Assembly: GCA_046861395.1 (NCBI GenBank)
Contig: JBHHUC010000003.1
Coordinates: 18,317 to 82,316 of the forward strand
DNA from: Fidelibacterota bacterium
Lineage (GTDB): Bacteria > Fidelibacterota > Marinisomatia > Marinisomatales > JABMOV01
Length of the DNA stretch: 64,000 bases
Direction: 5' to 3'
Shown: positions 38,020-48,124 of the stretch, piece by piece
How positions within the stretch are numbered: position 1 is the first letter of the stretch
How the letters are laid out: each line of letters starts with the position of its first letter
Program-made: the position numbers and the translations under genes
Notes under the pieces: model-generated
What the model was told of the DNA's origin: nothing
The model's database searches: none
The model's input: the letters and a program-made list of their open reading frames with translations, nothing else

Positions 38020-40152
38020 CTATCGAATAATTATGAATTTTCTGTATGTCGAATCCCCTTTGCGGTACAGCAATTCATCAGTCACGGGGTCAATAATATC
38101 CTCCAGTACCTCAAAATATGCAATATATAACCCGGATGTGATGACCTGACGGTATTTTGTGACTGAATTCCACTCCTGATCGCCACTGCCATCCCGATGG
38201 TTAATTTCATGAATAAGATCGCCCCGTTCAGTATAAATCTTAATGCGACATTTCCCCGGAATATCGTAAAACATGATCTTATCCGGTTGTCCCGGGAATT
38301 GCCGGGCTGTGTTGGCAATATGGTAGGGATTGGGAACAACACGAATTTGATCCAGGCCGCTTCCCTGCTGGCGCTTTAAAAAGGCCGCCCGGTTGGTTTT
38401 CGTATAGAACCGGCTGCTACGTAGCGGACCAGTCGGGTTAGCAATTCCTGTCGTATTCCTACTGCCATCGGAAACAGAACAAACATAATAATAATAGGAA
38501 AACCCCCGAATGGCCGTAACATCTTCAAATTCATAGATTCCCGCCGGACCGGAATAAATCATATCAAAAGTCGTATCCGGTTTGCCGACTGCCCGGTAAA
38601 CTTCATAGCCGGCGAAATTTGATTCAGTTTCTGATAGACTGGCCAGCCAGCTCAGAAAAATCCGGTCCCCACCTGAATTCACATTAAATACCGGTGGCGG
38701 CAAAGGAGGCTGAGGAGTGGCGAAACCGCTGTCATAATTCCGTTTTGCCCGACTGAACGTCAGCAGCAGGGAATCTTTTCCGGTATAAACCCAGGAATTC
38801 TTATACACATCCTTATCGGTGGTCGTTGTACCATCCGGCAGGTCAAACGGACCGGCATCATTGCTGTTTTCATAGGCAATTTTATAGCGTTCACCAATCA
38901 ATTCGCACATTTCCCGGGACAGACCGTTGATCCCCTCCGCTTCAACAATGGTAACCGATTCTCCGTGCGCCAGGTTGAACGGTCCATAGGTAATCATGAC
39001 ATTGGTTCCGCCTTCGTCATTGTGGACGGTTGACGGGTCAACCAGATTGGTTGTTGAATAGGCCCCTTCCAGCTCATCCATGCGCGTATTACCGCCCTTA
39101 TCCGCTCCCCCATAGGGATTCCCGGCCAGCATGGAAGCCAACCGTTGCATATTCTGTTCATCCGAAGGTTGCAGATTCCCCACGCTGGGATAGGTATCTC
39201 CGGCATGCCAGCCCAGAAATACCGGCTGGTCCGGATTATCGGTGGAATCATGGGGAGACATATCCACATGAAGGACCACCGATCCGACATGATGAGGTGA
39301 TGTCAACCGGCCTTTCCCTGTAAGCTTGGGGGCACCGATATTGTCAAAAGAATTATTGGCATTTTGTCCCAGCCAACTGAACCCGCAGCGTAACCAGTCA
39401 ACAATGCCATCCGCTTCCGTCAGCGGATCCGTGGCATGCAAAGCATAATCTTCTCCTCGCTTGGTGACCCACATATGTTTTCCCCAGGAAGCTGATCCTC
39501 CGACATACCATGATGCTTCCCGGCTCCCGCTGTACCGTGTTCCCCAGCCAATACGTACATTCCGTAAACTATCCGTCAATTCAATCTCATCATCACTGTC
39601 GGTATTCCCCGTGTTGGTAAAGGTAAAAACCTTTATGAAATAATTATCATGATATTCCTGGGAGAAAGCATAAATCGTCCGGTTCATGGTCAATCCCATG
39701 GCTGTATTCACGATATTGACAATTTTCCTGTCTGCCGGCAGGTCGGTATCATATTCATCGATATCACCAAGATAGGGGGCAGAAAGATTGACACCATCGA
39801 CATAAACCGCCGGCGGTTCGAATTTTGCGATCTGTTTCATTTCCATGGGAAAAATGCCGGTACCAACATAGCTCAGTGCGAAATACAAACCGTAGGCATT
39901 CCAGAACTGGTTTTTATCGTCGGTAAACGATTCACAGGTCAACCAGGAACGCTTGATGACGGCATTATCCTGAAAGGGATAATCCGCCGGCCAGCGCAAA
40001 CCTTCATAATAGGAAGTATTCCAGGCCCGTTCCGAACCCCAGGCTGAAAAGTGGGATTGCAGAGACCCGATGCGAATATAGCGTTTTTCCGTTTCGTTTA
40101 CCTGGGCCAGACTGAATCCCAGGAAGAGGATGAGAAAAATTTGTTTTTTCAT
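38020..40152 (-). CDS. Exported FN3-containing protein with VVPNPY-type C-terminal domain (TBDR2 partner; paralog of 46067-48112)
   Basis: Signal peptide; PP.PP..F.V.SGGDRI.L.W..GY..YRA; RSS.FYT.TN..AFLKRQ.G..LD.IRVVPNPY..KFIIIR. Confidence 0.82.
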   Translation of the reverse strand: MKKQIFLILFLGFSLAQVNETEKRYIRIGSLQSHFSAWGSERAWNTSYYEGLRWPADYPFQDNAVIKRSWLTCESFTDDKNQFWNAYGLYFALSYVGTGIFPMEMKQIAKFEPPAVYVDGVNLSAPYLGDIDEYDTDLPADRKIVNIVNTAMGLTMNRTIYAFSQEYHDNYFIKVFTFTNTGNTDSDDEIELTDSLRNVRIGWGTRYSGSREASWYVGGSASWGKHMWVTKRGEDYALHATDPLTEADGIVDWLRCGFSWLGQNANNSFDNIGAPKLTGKGRLTSPHHVGSVVLHVDMSPHDSTDNPDQPVFLGWHAGDTYPSVGNLQPSDEQNMQRLASMLAGNPYGGADKGGNTRMDELEGAYSTTNLVDPSTVHNDEGGTNVMITYGPFNLAHGESVTIVEAEGINGLSREMCELIGERYKIAYENSNDAGPFDLPDGTTTTDKDVYKNSWVYTGKDSLLLTFSRAKRNYDSGFATPQPPLPPPVFNVNSGGDRIFLSWLASLSETESNFAGYEVYRAVGKPDTTFDMIYSGPAGIYEFEDVTAIRGFSYYYYVCSVSDGSRNTTGIANPTGPLRSSRFYTKTNRAAFLKRQQGSGLDQIRVVPNPYHIANTARQFPGQPDKIMFYDIPGKCRIKIYTERGDLIHEINHRDGSGDQEWNSVTKYRQVITSGLYIAYFEVLEDIIDPVTDELLYRKGDSTYRKFIIIR

Positions 40153-40155
40153 AAA

Positions 40156-43100
40156 TTATAATTTCACCGTAAGACCAATTACGATATCCCGCAGATTCAG
40201 AAAGGAAACGGGTTGGAGATTTGGCATATCAATATAGGCTTTGGTTTCAAGGATCTTTTTTTCCTCGGCCGTCAAATTATCCGGATCCACCGGATCAAAG
40301 GGCTGGTAGGGTGTATCATAACTGCGGTACTCTCCCAGCCGATCATAGCCTTTCTCCTTGCCCTCTTCCCAGTCAAAATGCAATGACTCAACATAGTTGA
40401 TATAATCATAACTGTCGGCAAACCCGGCCGAATTCAAATACTTTTTATTCAACACATTTGTCACATCAATAAAGAAATTCACCCGCGCTGGTTTAAAGGA
40501 AAATGATTTTGCCAGGCGTAAATCCACGAACCATTTATTTTTCCATTGCACATTATCAACAATACCCGGTTTCCCGCTGGGATTGTAAGTGGAATAGGCG
40601 CCGGTTTCATAACTGTAAATCGTGCTGAAGACCCACCCTTCCAGAGGATAAACACCTGCAAAGTCTGGTCCAAATTTTTCGGGAGATGTGACGTTCAAAA
40701 CAGCATTGATATATGGTTGCGGATGGGGACGCGATAATTGTGGATTTACCACTTCATATTCACGCTGGAGATTAGGATCTTCGTAATAGCTGGTTAAGCC
40801 GAAATATCCAGATGTTTTTACCAGATAGGTGTAATTAATGAATCCCGTGAACCAGTCACCCCGGACTTTTTCCAGGATAAATTCAATGCCGCGAATATCT
40901 TCATAATTATTATTAACCGCTTTCCGGTATTTGACCGAACCATTCAGGCTTTGATAATAAATCCAGCCGATTTGGTTGGTCACATCTTTATAATACGCCG
41001 TTACATTCAGTAAGTATATTTCCCTTAAAATGCGACTGAAGCCCAGTTCATAGGCAATGGTCTTCTCATAGGCCAGGTTGGGATTCCCCAAGTTAGTGAC
41101 CAGCCCGTTGGATTCTCTTTGAATGCCAAAACGATATTGGGAATTCGGTTCGGAATAGAAATGCCCGTAATTAAAGAATAATTTCGATACCTCGGAAATA
41201 GGAAAGGAAATGCCCAGCCGTGGATTCAGTGAATTCTGAATATCCGGCTGGCGAGTTTTGGTAGAATCTTCAATCTCATTCCCCAATCCTTGACTGAGTT
41301 GCTCATCAAAGGGATTCAAAACATACTCAACCGTATTTGAACTGGAACGCTCTGCTCTCAGGCCAAGATTGGCAACAAACCCTTCAAATTCAATTTTATC
41401 CTGGAAATACAATGATAAACGATAGGGATCGACGGAATATACCAGATCGCGGTTCCAAGTGGACATTGAAGGATTCCTTGCAAAGGAAAAAACATCAAAC
41501 CGATTCTGAATAAATTCAATGCCCGTCTTGATCAGGTTATTGGGGTTGATTTGATTGGTATAATCCAATTTCGCTATGGTAGCCGAAACCGTCGACTTGT
41601 CACGGCCGATATTCATCCACCCGCCAATATTCATACCGTCAATTCCAGAAACGCCGTAACCCCAATACCCGTAGGGTGCCTCATCGACAAAATAATCCGT
41701 AAATAATTCGATGGTTCGAGACGTGTCCCGTAAGGGTGTCTGATATGTTTTATATCGTGAATTGGAATATTGAAAAATGCTTTCGATATAACTGCTCTGA
41801 TCGATGATATAATTCAGTTTAATGCCCAGACCCGACCGATAAATTTCCGTGGGGGAATAATAACCCGGCATGAATAATACGGCTGCCGCGTTGGCATTCA
41901 GCAGATTGGCGACTGATTGATCGGATTTCAGCACATAGCCGGTGGGTGTAGTCGTCCAGTTATAGGGGGAAACGGAACCCGTTTCCTCATAATGTAATTC
42001 TGTTAGGATTTTTAATTTGTCTGAAGTGTCAATATTGAATTTCAGTCGTGTGTTGGCATTGGAATACCGGTCCTTGGACAACGGAAATATGAACATGGAT
42101 TCTTCCGAATAATGGGATAAATAGAACCGGATCAGTCCCAATCCCGGCATTTCTCCCAGAGGACCACCAAGAGCCATATCAATGACTCGATCCGGCTCAT
42201 GAATATCCCCGTTGCGACGATGCTGCCAGAGAAATACTTGCTGAGCCTGCTGTGGCGTAAGGTCGTTTGTCGGATCGGCATCTTTCAATGTATTTTGCGA
42301 AATGGCATTCCAGCCCTCAAAGGCAGGGTACTGTTTTTGGGTATAATCATCCCATCCGCCGGACGAAGTTCCCGTCCAGCACACCGTCGAATCCAGGTAG
42401 GGACGTAAAAAATAGGAATCAGGATCATAAAGCGACGGTCCGAAATGCTTGGGACCCGGCGGACGGTAATACAGGGCAGCCGCCCCATGGTACCGATCAC
42501 GGCTCCCTTCTTTATTCACAATATTGATGATTCCGGAACGCACGTTCCCGTACTCAGCATTAAAACCGCCGGATTGAACCTGTATATCGGTCAAGCCAAG
42601 CAGCGATGTCGTGGTCACAGGCGTGAAACTTCTGGCGTCGTTCTGAAGAAATCCATCAATATATACGCCGGCCTGGTTCGCAGCGCTGCCCCGAATAGAC
42701 AATCCCCGCAACCCGGCCTGTAAACCAAGAACCTGGTCCACATCGGAAACAGGCATTTTCTCAATTGATTCTGAAGTAATGGAAATGGTACTGGCGGACA
42801 CATCCGGTTCCACATAGCGACGTTCGGCAGTAACCGTCACTTCACTTAATTCCACTGCTTCCAGTTGCATACTCAGATTGATCTGGGTCGTCTGATCGAT
42901 TTCGACACGCACATCATTGACAATTAACGTGGCATAGCCAATAATTTGCGCATAGAGAGAATAATTTCCGGGAGGAATATTTAGTAATGTATAGAACCCG
43001 TCAGTCTGAGATACCGCGCCGGCACCGATATTTGGCAAATACACATTTACACCCGGTAAGGGATCATTTGTTTCGGATGATGTGACAATTCCGGAGATTT

Positions 43101-43173
43101 TACCGGTTACACCGGCCAGGGAAATGGTAATAAATAATAATGAGATTATTACATATTTCCCATGGTTCCACAT
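40156..43173 (-). CDS. TonB-dependent receptor 2 (paralog of TBDR3)
   Basis: AGVTGKISG, IRG, GGFNAEYGNVRSG.IN, QDKIEF.G, FNYGH, YELGF, KAYIDMPN..FLN.RD motifs. Confidence 0.92.
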   Translation of the reverse strand: MWNHGKYVIISLLFITISLAGVTGKISGIVTSSETNDPLPGVNVYLPNIGAGAVSQTDGFYTLLNIPPGNYSLYAQIIGYATLIVNDVRVEIDQTTQINLSMQLEAVELSEVTVTAERRYVEPDVSASTISITSESIEKMPVSDVDQVLGLQAGLRGLSIRGSAANQAGVYIDGFLQNDARSFTPVTTTSLLGLTDIQVQSGGFNAEYGNVRSGIINIVNKEGSRDRYHGAAALYYRPPGPKHFGPSLYDPDSYFLRPYLDSTVCWTGTSSGGWDDYTQKQYPAFEGWNAISQNTLKDADPTNDLTPQQAQQVFLWQHRRNGDIHEPDRVIDMALGGPLGEMPGLGLIRFYLSHYSEESMFIFPLSKDRYSNANTRLKFNIDTSDKLKILTELHYEETGSVSPYNWTTTPTGYVLKSDQSVANLLNANAAAVLFMPGYYSPTEIYRSGLGIKLNYIIDQSSYIESIFQYSNSRYKTYQTPLRDTSRTIELFTDYFVDEAPYGYWGYGVSGIDGMNIGGWMNIGRDKSTVSATIAKLDYTNQINPNNLIKTGIEFIQNRFDVFSFARNPSMSTWNRDLVYSVDPYRLSLYFQDKIEFEGFVANLGLRAERSSSNTVEYVLNPFDEQLSQGLGNEIEDSTKTRQPDIQNSLNPRLGISFPISEVSKLFFNYGHFYSEPNSQYRFGIQRESNGLVTNLGNPNLAYEKTIAYELGFSRILREIYLLNVTAYYKDVTNQIGWIYYQSLNGSVKYRKAVNNNYEDIRGIEFILEKVRGDWFTGFINYTYLVKTSGYFGLTSYYEDPNLQREYEVVNPQLSRPHPQPYINAVLNVTSPEKFGPDFAGVYPLEGWVFSTIYSYETGAYSTYNPSGKPGIVDNVQWKNKWFVDLRLAKSFSFKPARVNFFIDVTNVLNKKYLNSAGFADSYDYINYVESLHFDWEEGKEKGYDRLGEYRSYDTPYQPFDPVDPDNLTAEEKKILETKAYIDMPNLQPVSFLNLRDIVIGLTVKL

Positions 43174-43182
43174 TATAAAAGC

Positions 43183-44499
43183 CTAGTTCGTCCGACCGTA
43201 GTATGGTGCTCCCTGTTTGGTCATATCCACTCGGAATAGCCCTTTGTAATTCACGGGATTATAATCCCAGGAAGCACCATCGGGAACAGTGGCTGTATTT
43301 CGGCTGTTCACATAGAGGTAGTTATTGTTTCCCCAGGTAAGTTTGGTGGCCGGGGCTGGCAAGACTTCGGCATAGATCGGTTCCGGTGTGGCATCGGCAT
43401 ACGGAGGCGAAACCTTATACAGGGCCGGCCCCAGACTGGCCAGCGAAGATGGATCAATGTAATCCACGCCGACAATCAATGTACCGTCAAGTGCAAATGT
43501 TAAATCAAATGGTTTTGTAGCATCTGCTCCCAGAGCGGCTTCCCAATCCAACAACAATTCTACGGGACCCAACGAATCAGAGCTGACGATTGCTGTGCGA
43601 TAGATACCATAGAGCACAGCCGTGGTGTCCGACCCGATGTATTCTCCGATGACGTAAACATAATCTTCAAAAACACGAATGGCGTTTAAATGCACGTCGT
43701 CGGGAAATGTGACGGCACTGGTAAAGGATGATTCACCGGCTCCCAAATTGATCCGGTATAAGACATTCCGTCGGCCGCCGGCATACATATTTCCATATGA
43801 ATCGAAATCCAGATCATAGGCCCGTGTATTACTGGGGAGCCGTACGATATTGTTGGCGTCATTCCCTTCGTCAACCTCATAAATATTCTTATGTGACATG
43901 GCCAGAATCAGCGAACTGTTCGCCGCATAATAGCGCATTCCAATCGCTTTCTGTTTTGCCGAATGAGCCGCAAAGGTTACTGAATCCGCCTCTCCGTTGG
44001 GAAACACCCGCAGGATTTCCCTGTTTTCCGATTCGGAAACAAAAAGATTTTCGCTGTTATCGATGGCAATGGCCCAGAGGTTCGTACCCAACGGATCAAA
44101 CCCGCCCCAGGAAACAACGGCCGGAAATAGCTTATAGTTATCCCACTCCGCAAATTCATAGGCCCCGATGACGGAAATCTGAATTTTAACGCTGTCGGCC
44201 ACAAGGTTCGGCGCTTTGACGACTAATTCGGTGGCAGATAGGGACTGAATTTCGCCGGGATTCCCGTTGAAATAGATTTGGCAGCGATTGATATCGGAAC
44301 CAAAATTTTCTCCCGTTATCGTCAGGATTCCAATCCCGGCAAAGGCCGAATCCGCCGGAGCAATTGACGTGATAACCGGGTCGGGTAAAACGTCCGGATT
44401 ATCATTATATATTTTTTCCGGATAATTGGGACTCTCACAACTGAAGAGTCCAATGGTTATCAGTCCTAAAATCAACGTAAATCGTTTCATGATCAGCAT
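43183..44499 (-). CDS. IPT/TIG-domain lipoprotein with C-terminal beta-propeller
   Basis: LFSC lipobox; P.ITSI.P..A..G..LTITGENFG IPT motif; propeller-like repeats. Confidence 0.85.
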   Translation of the reverse strand: MLIMKRFTLILGLITIGLFSCESPNYPEKIYNDNPDVLPDPVITSIAPADSAFAGIGILTITGENFGSDINRCQIYFNGNPGEIQSLSATELVVKAPNLVADSVKIQISVIGAYEFAEWDNYKLFPAVVSWGGFDPLGTNLWAIAIDNSENLFVSESENREILRVFPNGEADSVTFAAHSAKQKAIGMRYYAANSSLILAMSHKNIYEVDEGNDANNIVRLPSNTRAYDLDFDSYGNMYAGGRRNVLYRINLGAGESSFTSAVTFPDDVHLNAIRVFEDYVYVIGEYIGSDTTAVLYGIYRTAIVSSDSLGPVELLLDWEAALGADATKPFDLTFALDGTLIVGVDYIDPSSLASLGPALYKVSPPYADATPEPIYAEVLPAPATKLTWGNNNYLYVNSRNTATVPDGASWDYNPVNYKGLFRVDMTKQGAPYYGRTN

Positions 44500-44510
44500 C
44501 CTTTTATCAC

Positions 44511-45530
44511 TTATAATGTGATCTGATAAGATAATTGATGGATATTATTAAAGACGCCGAAAGGCGTAAAGGCATAGTCGATGGAAATTCCCCGCTCCTT
44601 GCGGTTCAGTTGGATTCCAACGCCATAGGTCAATGAGCGTTCATCATAATTCCCGTAATACCCGGCCCGCAGGAATAAGACCGAAAGGGGATTGTATTCC
44701 ATGCCAATATTCAAACGTTCGGCATAGGACCGGGGATGTAGTGCGTCAATCGACAGCATAAAGCGAGCATCAGGATTGAGTGGGGTTTTTAACAGAGATA
44801 AGAATGAAAACTGGGCCAGATCAACGGAGCCGCCCAAGGCAAATGTCAGGGGCAACTGAAATCCTTCATTCTGATATTTGATTTCCTGCGAGAAATTCCT
44901 GACGGTCATACCGAAGGAAAAATCTTTCCAGCCCGTTTCATAGATGGTCCCGAAATCATAGGCCATAGTGGAAACCCAGTTCTTAATGGTTGTATTGGTG
45001 GAATCCGTTTCTGGGATGACACTACGTCCTAGATACTGGTAGGTTGATTTCACGTGACCACCGACAGAAAATTTATCGGATAACGCCTTGGCATACCCTA
45101 TGCCGACAGCCAAGGCCGTTGGTTGCATGATTTCGGTATCAATATAGCCGGCATCATTTTCCCAGACCATTGTTCCCTGAATCTTGCCATAGTCCACGGA
45201 TTGCGCACTGAAGGCAAATACACCGTATTTCCCTTGTGCCGGGACAATACTGACACTGGCCGTTATATAATTTATATCGGCAATGAATGAATTTTGGCTG
45301 AAGTTCGCTGACAGAAAATTCTTTGTTCGTGCCATCCCGGCCGGATTAAAGAATACCGAATTGGAATACCCCTTCATCGTGGTCATTGCCTCCGCCATGG
45401 CGGTAGCACGGGCATCAGAGGCGACACTCAAGAACTGAAACCCAGTTTGAGCCAGCTTTATGTCCCCGGATATGGCCAGCGTAGATAATAAACTCATTGC
45501 AGCGATTGTTTTTATGAATGATGCCTTCAT
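44511..45530 (-). CDS. PorV/PorQ-family outer-membrane beta-barrel (copy 2)
   Basis: KLAQTG.QFL....DARA.AM.EA......FNPAG motif; DYAFTPFG.F near the C-terminus. Confidence 0.85.
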   Translation of the reverse strand: MKASFIKTIAAMSLLSTLAISGDIKLAQTGFQFLSVASDARATAMAEAMTTMKGYSNSVFFNPAGMARTKNFLSANFSQNSFIADINYITASVSIVPAQGKYGVFAFSAQSVDYGKIQGTMVWENDAGYIDTEIMQPTALAVGIGYAKALSDKFSVGGHVKSTYQYLGRSVIPETDSTNTTIKNWVSTMAYDFGTIYETGWKDFSFGMTVRNFSQEIKYQNEGFQLPLTFALGGSVDLAQFSFLSLLKTPLNPDARFMLSIDALHPRSYAERLNIGMEYNPLSVLFLRAGYYGNYDERSLTYGVGIQLNRKERGISIDYAFTPFGVFNNIHQLSYQITL

Positions 45531-45533
45531 CGC

Positions 45534-46070
45534 TTATTCCTTATTTAACACGATCATTTTAAACCCGCGTCCTTCCTCCATTGCCAACCGAACCAAGAAT
45601 TGTCCGGCTGTCAATACATATTCCTTCCGCCCGACAATTTCATTGCAGGCAGCAATTGTTTCCAGGTCCAACGTAACCGGTTCATATTGCTGTTCTGTAC
45701 CGGATGCATCATACACCGTTACATTGACGTTCAGATTAGTATAGAGAATAACTGTTCCATTGCTTTCCTGGGATAGGACTACAAAGGTTGTATCATCCGT
45801 TTTACCGATCTTCCACAAAGAATCCGGATTAACCGTCACGACGGCCCCCAGAGATAACAGAGAATCAATTTTCCCGGATGCATCAGCTACTGAATCCGGA
45901 ATCCAATGAGATGAAACCTGATTAAATAATGTATCTGTCTCAAATATCTGACAGGCCTGTTCATCAATGGCGTTAATGGTAAATGTTTCATCGGAATAAT
46001 TATCACAGCCCAACCACAACAAACTCATTGCGGCAAATGAAATCAATTTATTCATGGTTTCTTCCCTCAT
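45534..46070 (-). CDS. Small hypothetical lipoprotein
   Basis: WLGC lipobox after MNKL (alternative start 46055); tightly packed in the operon. Confidence 0.72.
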   Translation of the reverse strand: MREETMNKLISFAAMSLLWLGCDNYSDETFTINAIDEQACQIFETDTLFNQVSSHWIPDSVADASGKIDSLLSLGAVVTVNPDSLWKIGKTDDTTFVVLSQESNGTVILYTNLNVNVTVYDASGTEQQYEPVTLDLETIAACNEIVGRKEYVLTAGQFLVRLAMEEGRGFKMIVLNKE

Positions 46071-48112
46071 CGGATAATGATGAATTTCTTTATGATGGAT
46101 TCTCCCGCTTTCACTGATATCCCCGTTTTCCAGTCGATATAATCATCCAATACCTCAAAATGAGCAATATACATGCCGCTGACAACGACCTGCCGGGAAC
46201 TGGTAATGGAATTCCAGACTTCATCACCACTGCCATCCAAGTGGTCGATGGAATAAATCAAATCACCACGTTCGGTAAAAATACGGATTTTGCAGGTCGG
46301 TGGAATATCCAGGAACATGATCCGGTCGGAACCGGCATCGGTGCCATATTGAAGCTCCCGCGCCCGGATATTATAGGGATTCGGCACAACCCTAATTCGA
46401 TCCAGTGTTCCGGGCTGCCTTTTCAGAAAGGCCGGTTGATTGGTCCGGGTATAAAATAAACTGCTCTCCATGGGAACTCCGGGATGGATATCATTCGTGG
46501 AACCGTCATCAACGGTCGTGATGTAGTAGAAATAATCGAATCCACGAATGGCGGAATGATCTTCATAGCGCGTTTCCCCCACCGGCAGCTCCGCTAGCAA
46601 CGTGTAGGTCGTATCAAAAACCTGAACGGCCCGGTAAATCCTGTATCCCGTAAGATTGGGCCAGGATTCCGCCGTATTGGACCATTCCAGGATGATCCTG
46701 TCTCCGCCCGATGTTACCGTAAACTGGTCCGGGGGCGGTGGTTCATGGGGAATGGACAAACCATTATCCCAGGTATTCTGTGCGCGGGTAAAAGCCTGGA
46801 ACAGGGAATCCTTCCCTGACATGACCAGCGTATTCTTTTGATCATTACTTACAACACCCGACAACCAATCGGCACCGATTTCAATGGCATGTTTCCGTGA
46901 CAGACCGGCAACTGCTTCCACGGTAACAACTGTCAGACTATCGCCCGGTGCCATGGTATAGGGACCGTACCCCCGGCCAATGGAATATCCGCCACCGGTT
47001 TGGCCGTATTGATCAGCAAACCCGGTTCCCACTTCTTCGGCATGGCTGGCTGCCGGATGACCACTGCTCATGAGGGCATATTCATCAGACATTTTTGCAG
47101 CATTGAAATGGTCGTTGCCGGAATTGTAGGGACCATCCGAATCGGGAAACGGTGTAGATGTGGGTTGCATGGGGTCATTGGAATGATCATCCGGTGATTT
47201 ATCAGCATGGATTGTCATTACTCCGGCAAATTGCGCCGCTCCCAGACGACCGTTACCGTTAAAGTACGGAGCACCGATATTGTCCCCCGGTCCACCAAAA
47301 CCGGAGTGTAAACCATGCCAGGCATAGGAGACCCGGAAAGGATTATCGGGATCACCGGCGGAATAGTTGCCATATTCGCCCAGAACTTCATTCATCGTAT
47401 TACGTCCCCAGGTGGCATTTTGCGGCATCCAGAAATATCCGTAAGAACATGCTTCCTTTGTCATGGCATAGCGTTCCTGCCAAAACATGTACACATCGTT
47501 CAATGTGACGGATTGCTTATTTCCATTTACATCGTAAATCCCCGTATTCTTAAACGTATAGGTTACAATATAGTAATTATCATGATTCGGTTGACTGTAA
47601 CCGTAGATCTTACGCGTCACCGTGATCCCCAGGCTGGTATTGGTCGAATTAATGATTAAACGGTCACTGGGAATTGTTTCATCCACTTCATCCACCAGAT
47701 CGGTAAAGTCCAGCTCCGAGGCTGGCAAACCATCCACCAGCACGACCGGACGGGGATAACGGGCAATCAGTCGAAAATCCGTCGGCATGAATTCCGCCAG
47801 TTCATTCATCACCCGGGGGCCGACATGGACGACTTTCGCCGGGTAAGTTTGTCCCGTAATGGGATCGGCATAATTCGTGGCACCGATCCAGAATGCCTTG
47901 GCTGCTTTTACATCCTGATAACGGAATTGAGCCGGCCACTGCAGGCCATCCTGCTGGTCGGGAATCAGATGGCGACGGCCGACTTCAATTTCACAGCCAC
48001 CGCTACTGAACCAATCATGAAGCTGACCAACCGATATCCATCGAACCTCGTCGCCCCATCCGGAGGATGAGACAAGCAATACAACGATGATCCATGATAA
48101 TGTTTTACGCAT
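46067..48112 (-). CDS. Exported FN3-containing protein with VVPNPY-type C-terminal domain (TBDR3 partner)
   Basis: Signal peptide; SGGDRI.LEW..GYRIYRA; AFLKRQPG.LDRIRVVPNPY..KKFIIIR. Confidence 0.82.
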   Translation of the reverse strand: MRKTLSWIIVVLLVSSSGWGDEVRWISVGQLHDWFSSGGCEIEVGRRHLIPDQQDGLQWPAQFRYQDVKAAKAFWIGATNYADPITGQTYPAKVVHVGPRVMNELAEFMPTDFRLIARYPRPVVLVDGLPASELDFTDLVDEVDETIPSDRLIINSTNTSLGITVTRKIYGYSQPNHDNYYIVTYTFKNTGIYDVNGNKQSVTLNDVYMFWQERYAMTKEACSYGYFWMPQNATWGRNTMNEVLGEYGNYSAGDPDNPFRVSYAWHGLHSGFGGPGDNIGAPYFNGNGRLGAAQFAGVMTIHADKSPDDHSNDPMQPTSTPFPDSDGPYNSGNDHFNAAKMSDEYALMSSGHPAASHAEEVGTGFADQYGQTGGGYSIGRGYGPYTMAPGDSLTVVTVEAVAGLSRKHAIEIGADWLSGVVSNDQKNTLVMSGKDSLFQAFTRAQNTWDNGLSIPHEPPPPDQFTVTSGGDRIILEWSNTAESWPNLTGYRIYRAVQVFDTTYTLLAELPVGETRYEDHSAIRGFDYFYYITTVDDGSTNDIHPGVPMESSLFYTRTNQPAFLKRQPGTLDRIRVVPNPYNIRARELQYGTDAGSDRIMFLDIPPTCKIRIFTERGDLIYSIDHLDGSGDEVWNSITSSRQVVVSGMYIAHFEVLDDYIDWKTGISVKAGESIIKKFIIIR

Positions 48113-48124
48113 ACAAAACCTTCT